64,000 nucleotides of DNA. It comes from Candidatus Flemingiibacterium sp. Its GTDB lineage: Bacteria; Bacillota; Clostridia; Oscillospirales; CAG-272. Positions 63,661-64,000 of the stretch are shown piece after piece. How positions within the stretch are numbered: position 1 is the stretch's first letter; each line of letters opens with the position of its first letter. Made by a program: the position numbers and the translations under genes. The DNA is taken from the NCBI GenBank assembly GCA_045586505.1, contig JAZNAL010000035.1, forward strand, positions 13,866 through 77,865, written 5' to 3'. A model generated the notes under the pieces. It was not told the origin of the DNA and made no database searches. It worked only from the letters and a program-made list of their open reading frames with translations.

Positions 63661-64000
63661 TTATTTTTCTCCTTTTGTTCGGATTGCTTTTTATAAAACT
63701 CTATTATCGCATCGGCGTTGGCGGCAGTAATGCCCGACACGCGCATAAGCTCGGTCTTGTCCGCCCTTTTGATGGCGGCAATGCTTTTGAAATGCGAAAG
63801 CAGGCTTTTTGCCTTTATGGTGCCAATGCCGTCTATGGCTTCAAGTGTTGAATGCTTCAAGGTTTTGGATTTTGCGTTCTCCATGCGGGTAATGGTGTAG
63901 CGGTGGACCTCCTCCTGGAGCTTGTACACAAACTGGAACACCGCCTGTTCGCGGGCGATGCTCAGCTCACTCACATCATCGGTCAGCGCACGAGTCTTGT
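63657..64000 (-). CDS. uvrC: Excinuclease ABC subunit C, 3' end only
   Basis: KTRAL...LQEEVHRYTI...LEAIDGIG...LLSHFKS (HhH); ORF open at the right edge. Confidence 0.9.
   Translation of the reverse strand, partial: KTRALTDDVSELSIAREQAVFQFVYKLQEEVHRYTITRMENAKSKTLKHSTLEAIDGIGTIKAKSLLSHFKSIAAIKRADKTELMRVSGITAANADAIIEFYKKQSEQKEKNK

Overview
The window has two parts. (1) Positions 1 to about 35456 are the right-hand ~35 kb of a temperate contractile-tailed prophage of a Clostridia-like host, which continues beyond the left edge. On the minus strand lie the baseplate/tail (PBSX Xkd-like), head (SPP1-type portal, MuF, GP20 scaffold, capsid), terminase and an ArpU/RinA-like activator. Next come an APSE-like replication module (SNF2 helicase, VRR-NUC, VapE primase-helicase, PolA, DUF2815 SSB, DUF2800 nuclease), small early genes and Cro. 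On the plus strand are CI, an ImmA-like peptidase and a large serine recombinase whose 3' end runs through a tRNA-3'-end-like att core (GGGTCACCA). (2) Positions 35826-64000 are host housekeeping DNA: sbcDC, a lipoprotein trigger-factor homolog, ispE, DUF362, aroA, a ceramidase-like hydrolase, aroB, an AI-2E transporter, a dcw cluster without ftsA or murD, coaD, rsmD and the 3' end of uvrC. The most notable observations: sharply bounded blocks of the replication module nearly free of GAAG/CTTC, TCGA and CGCG and carrying poly-G ribosome-binding sites; a MuF polymorphic toxin-immunity pair; an att site coded inside the integrase next to a duplicated tRNA-end repeat; a stand-alone LexA/UmuD-like peptidase with Ser->Cys; a promoter-palindrome-terminator antisense sRNA; and an FtsA-less divisome cluster with a non-canonical FtsZ tail and long basic FtsW/FtsL N-termini. 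All motif counts were done by eye and all family calls come from motif recognition, not database searches.
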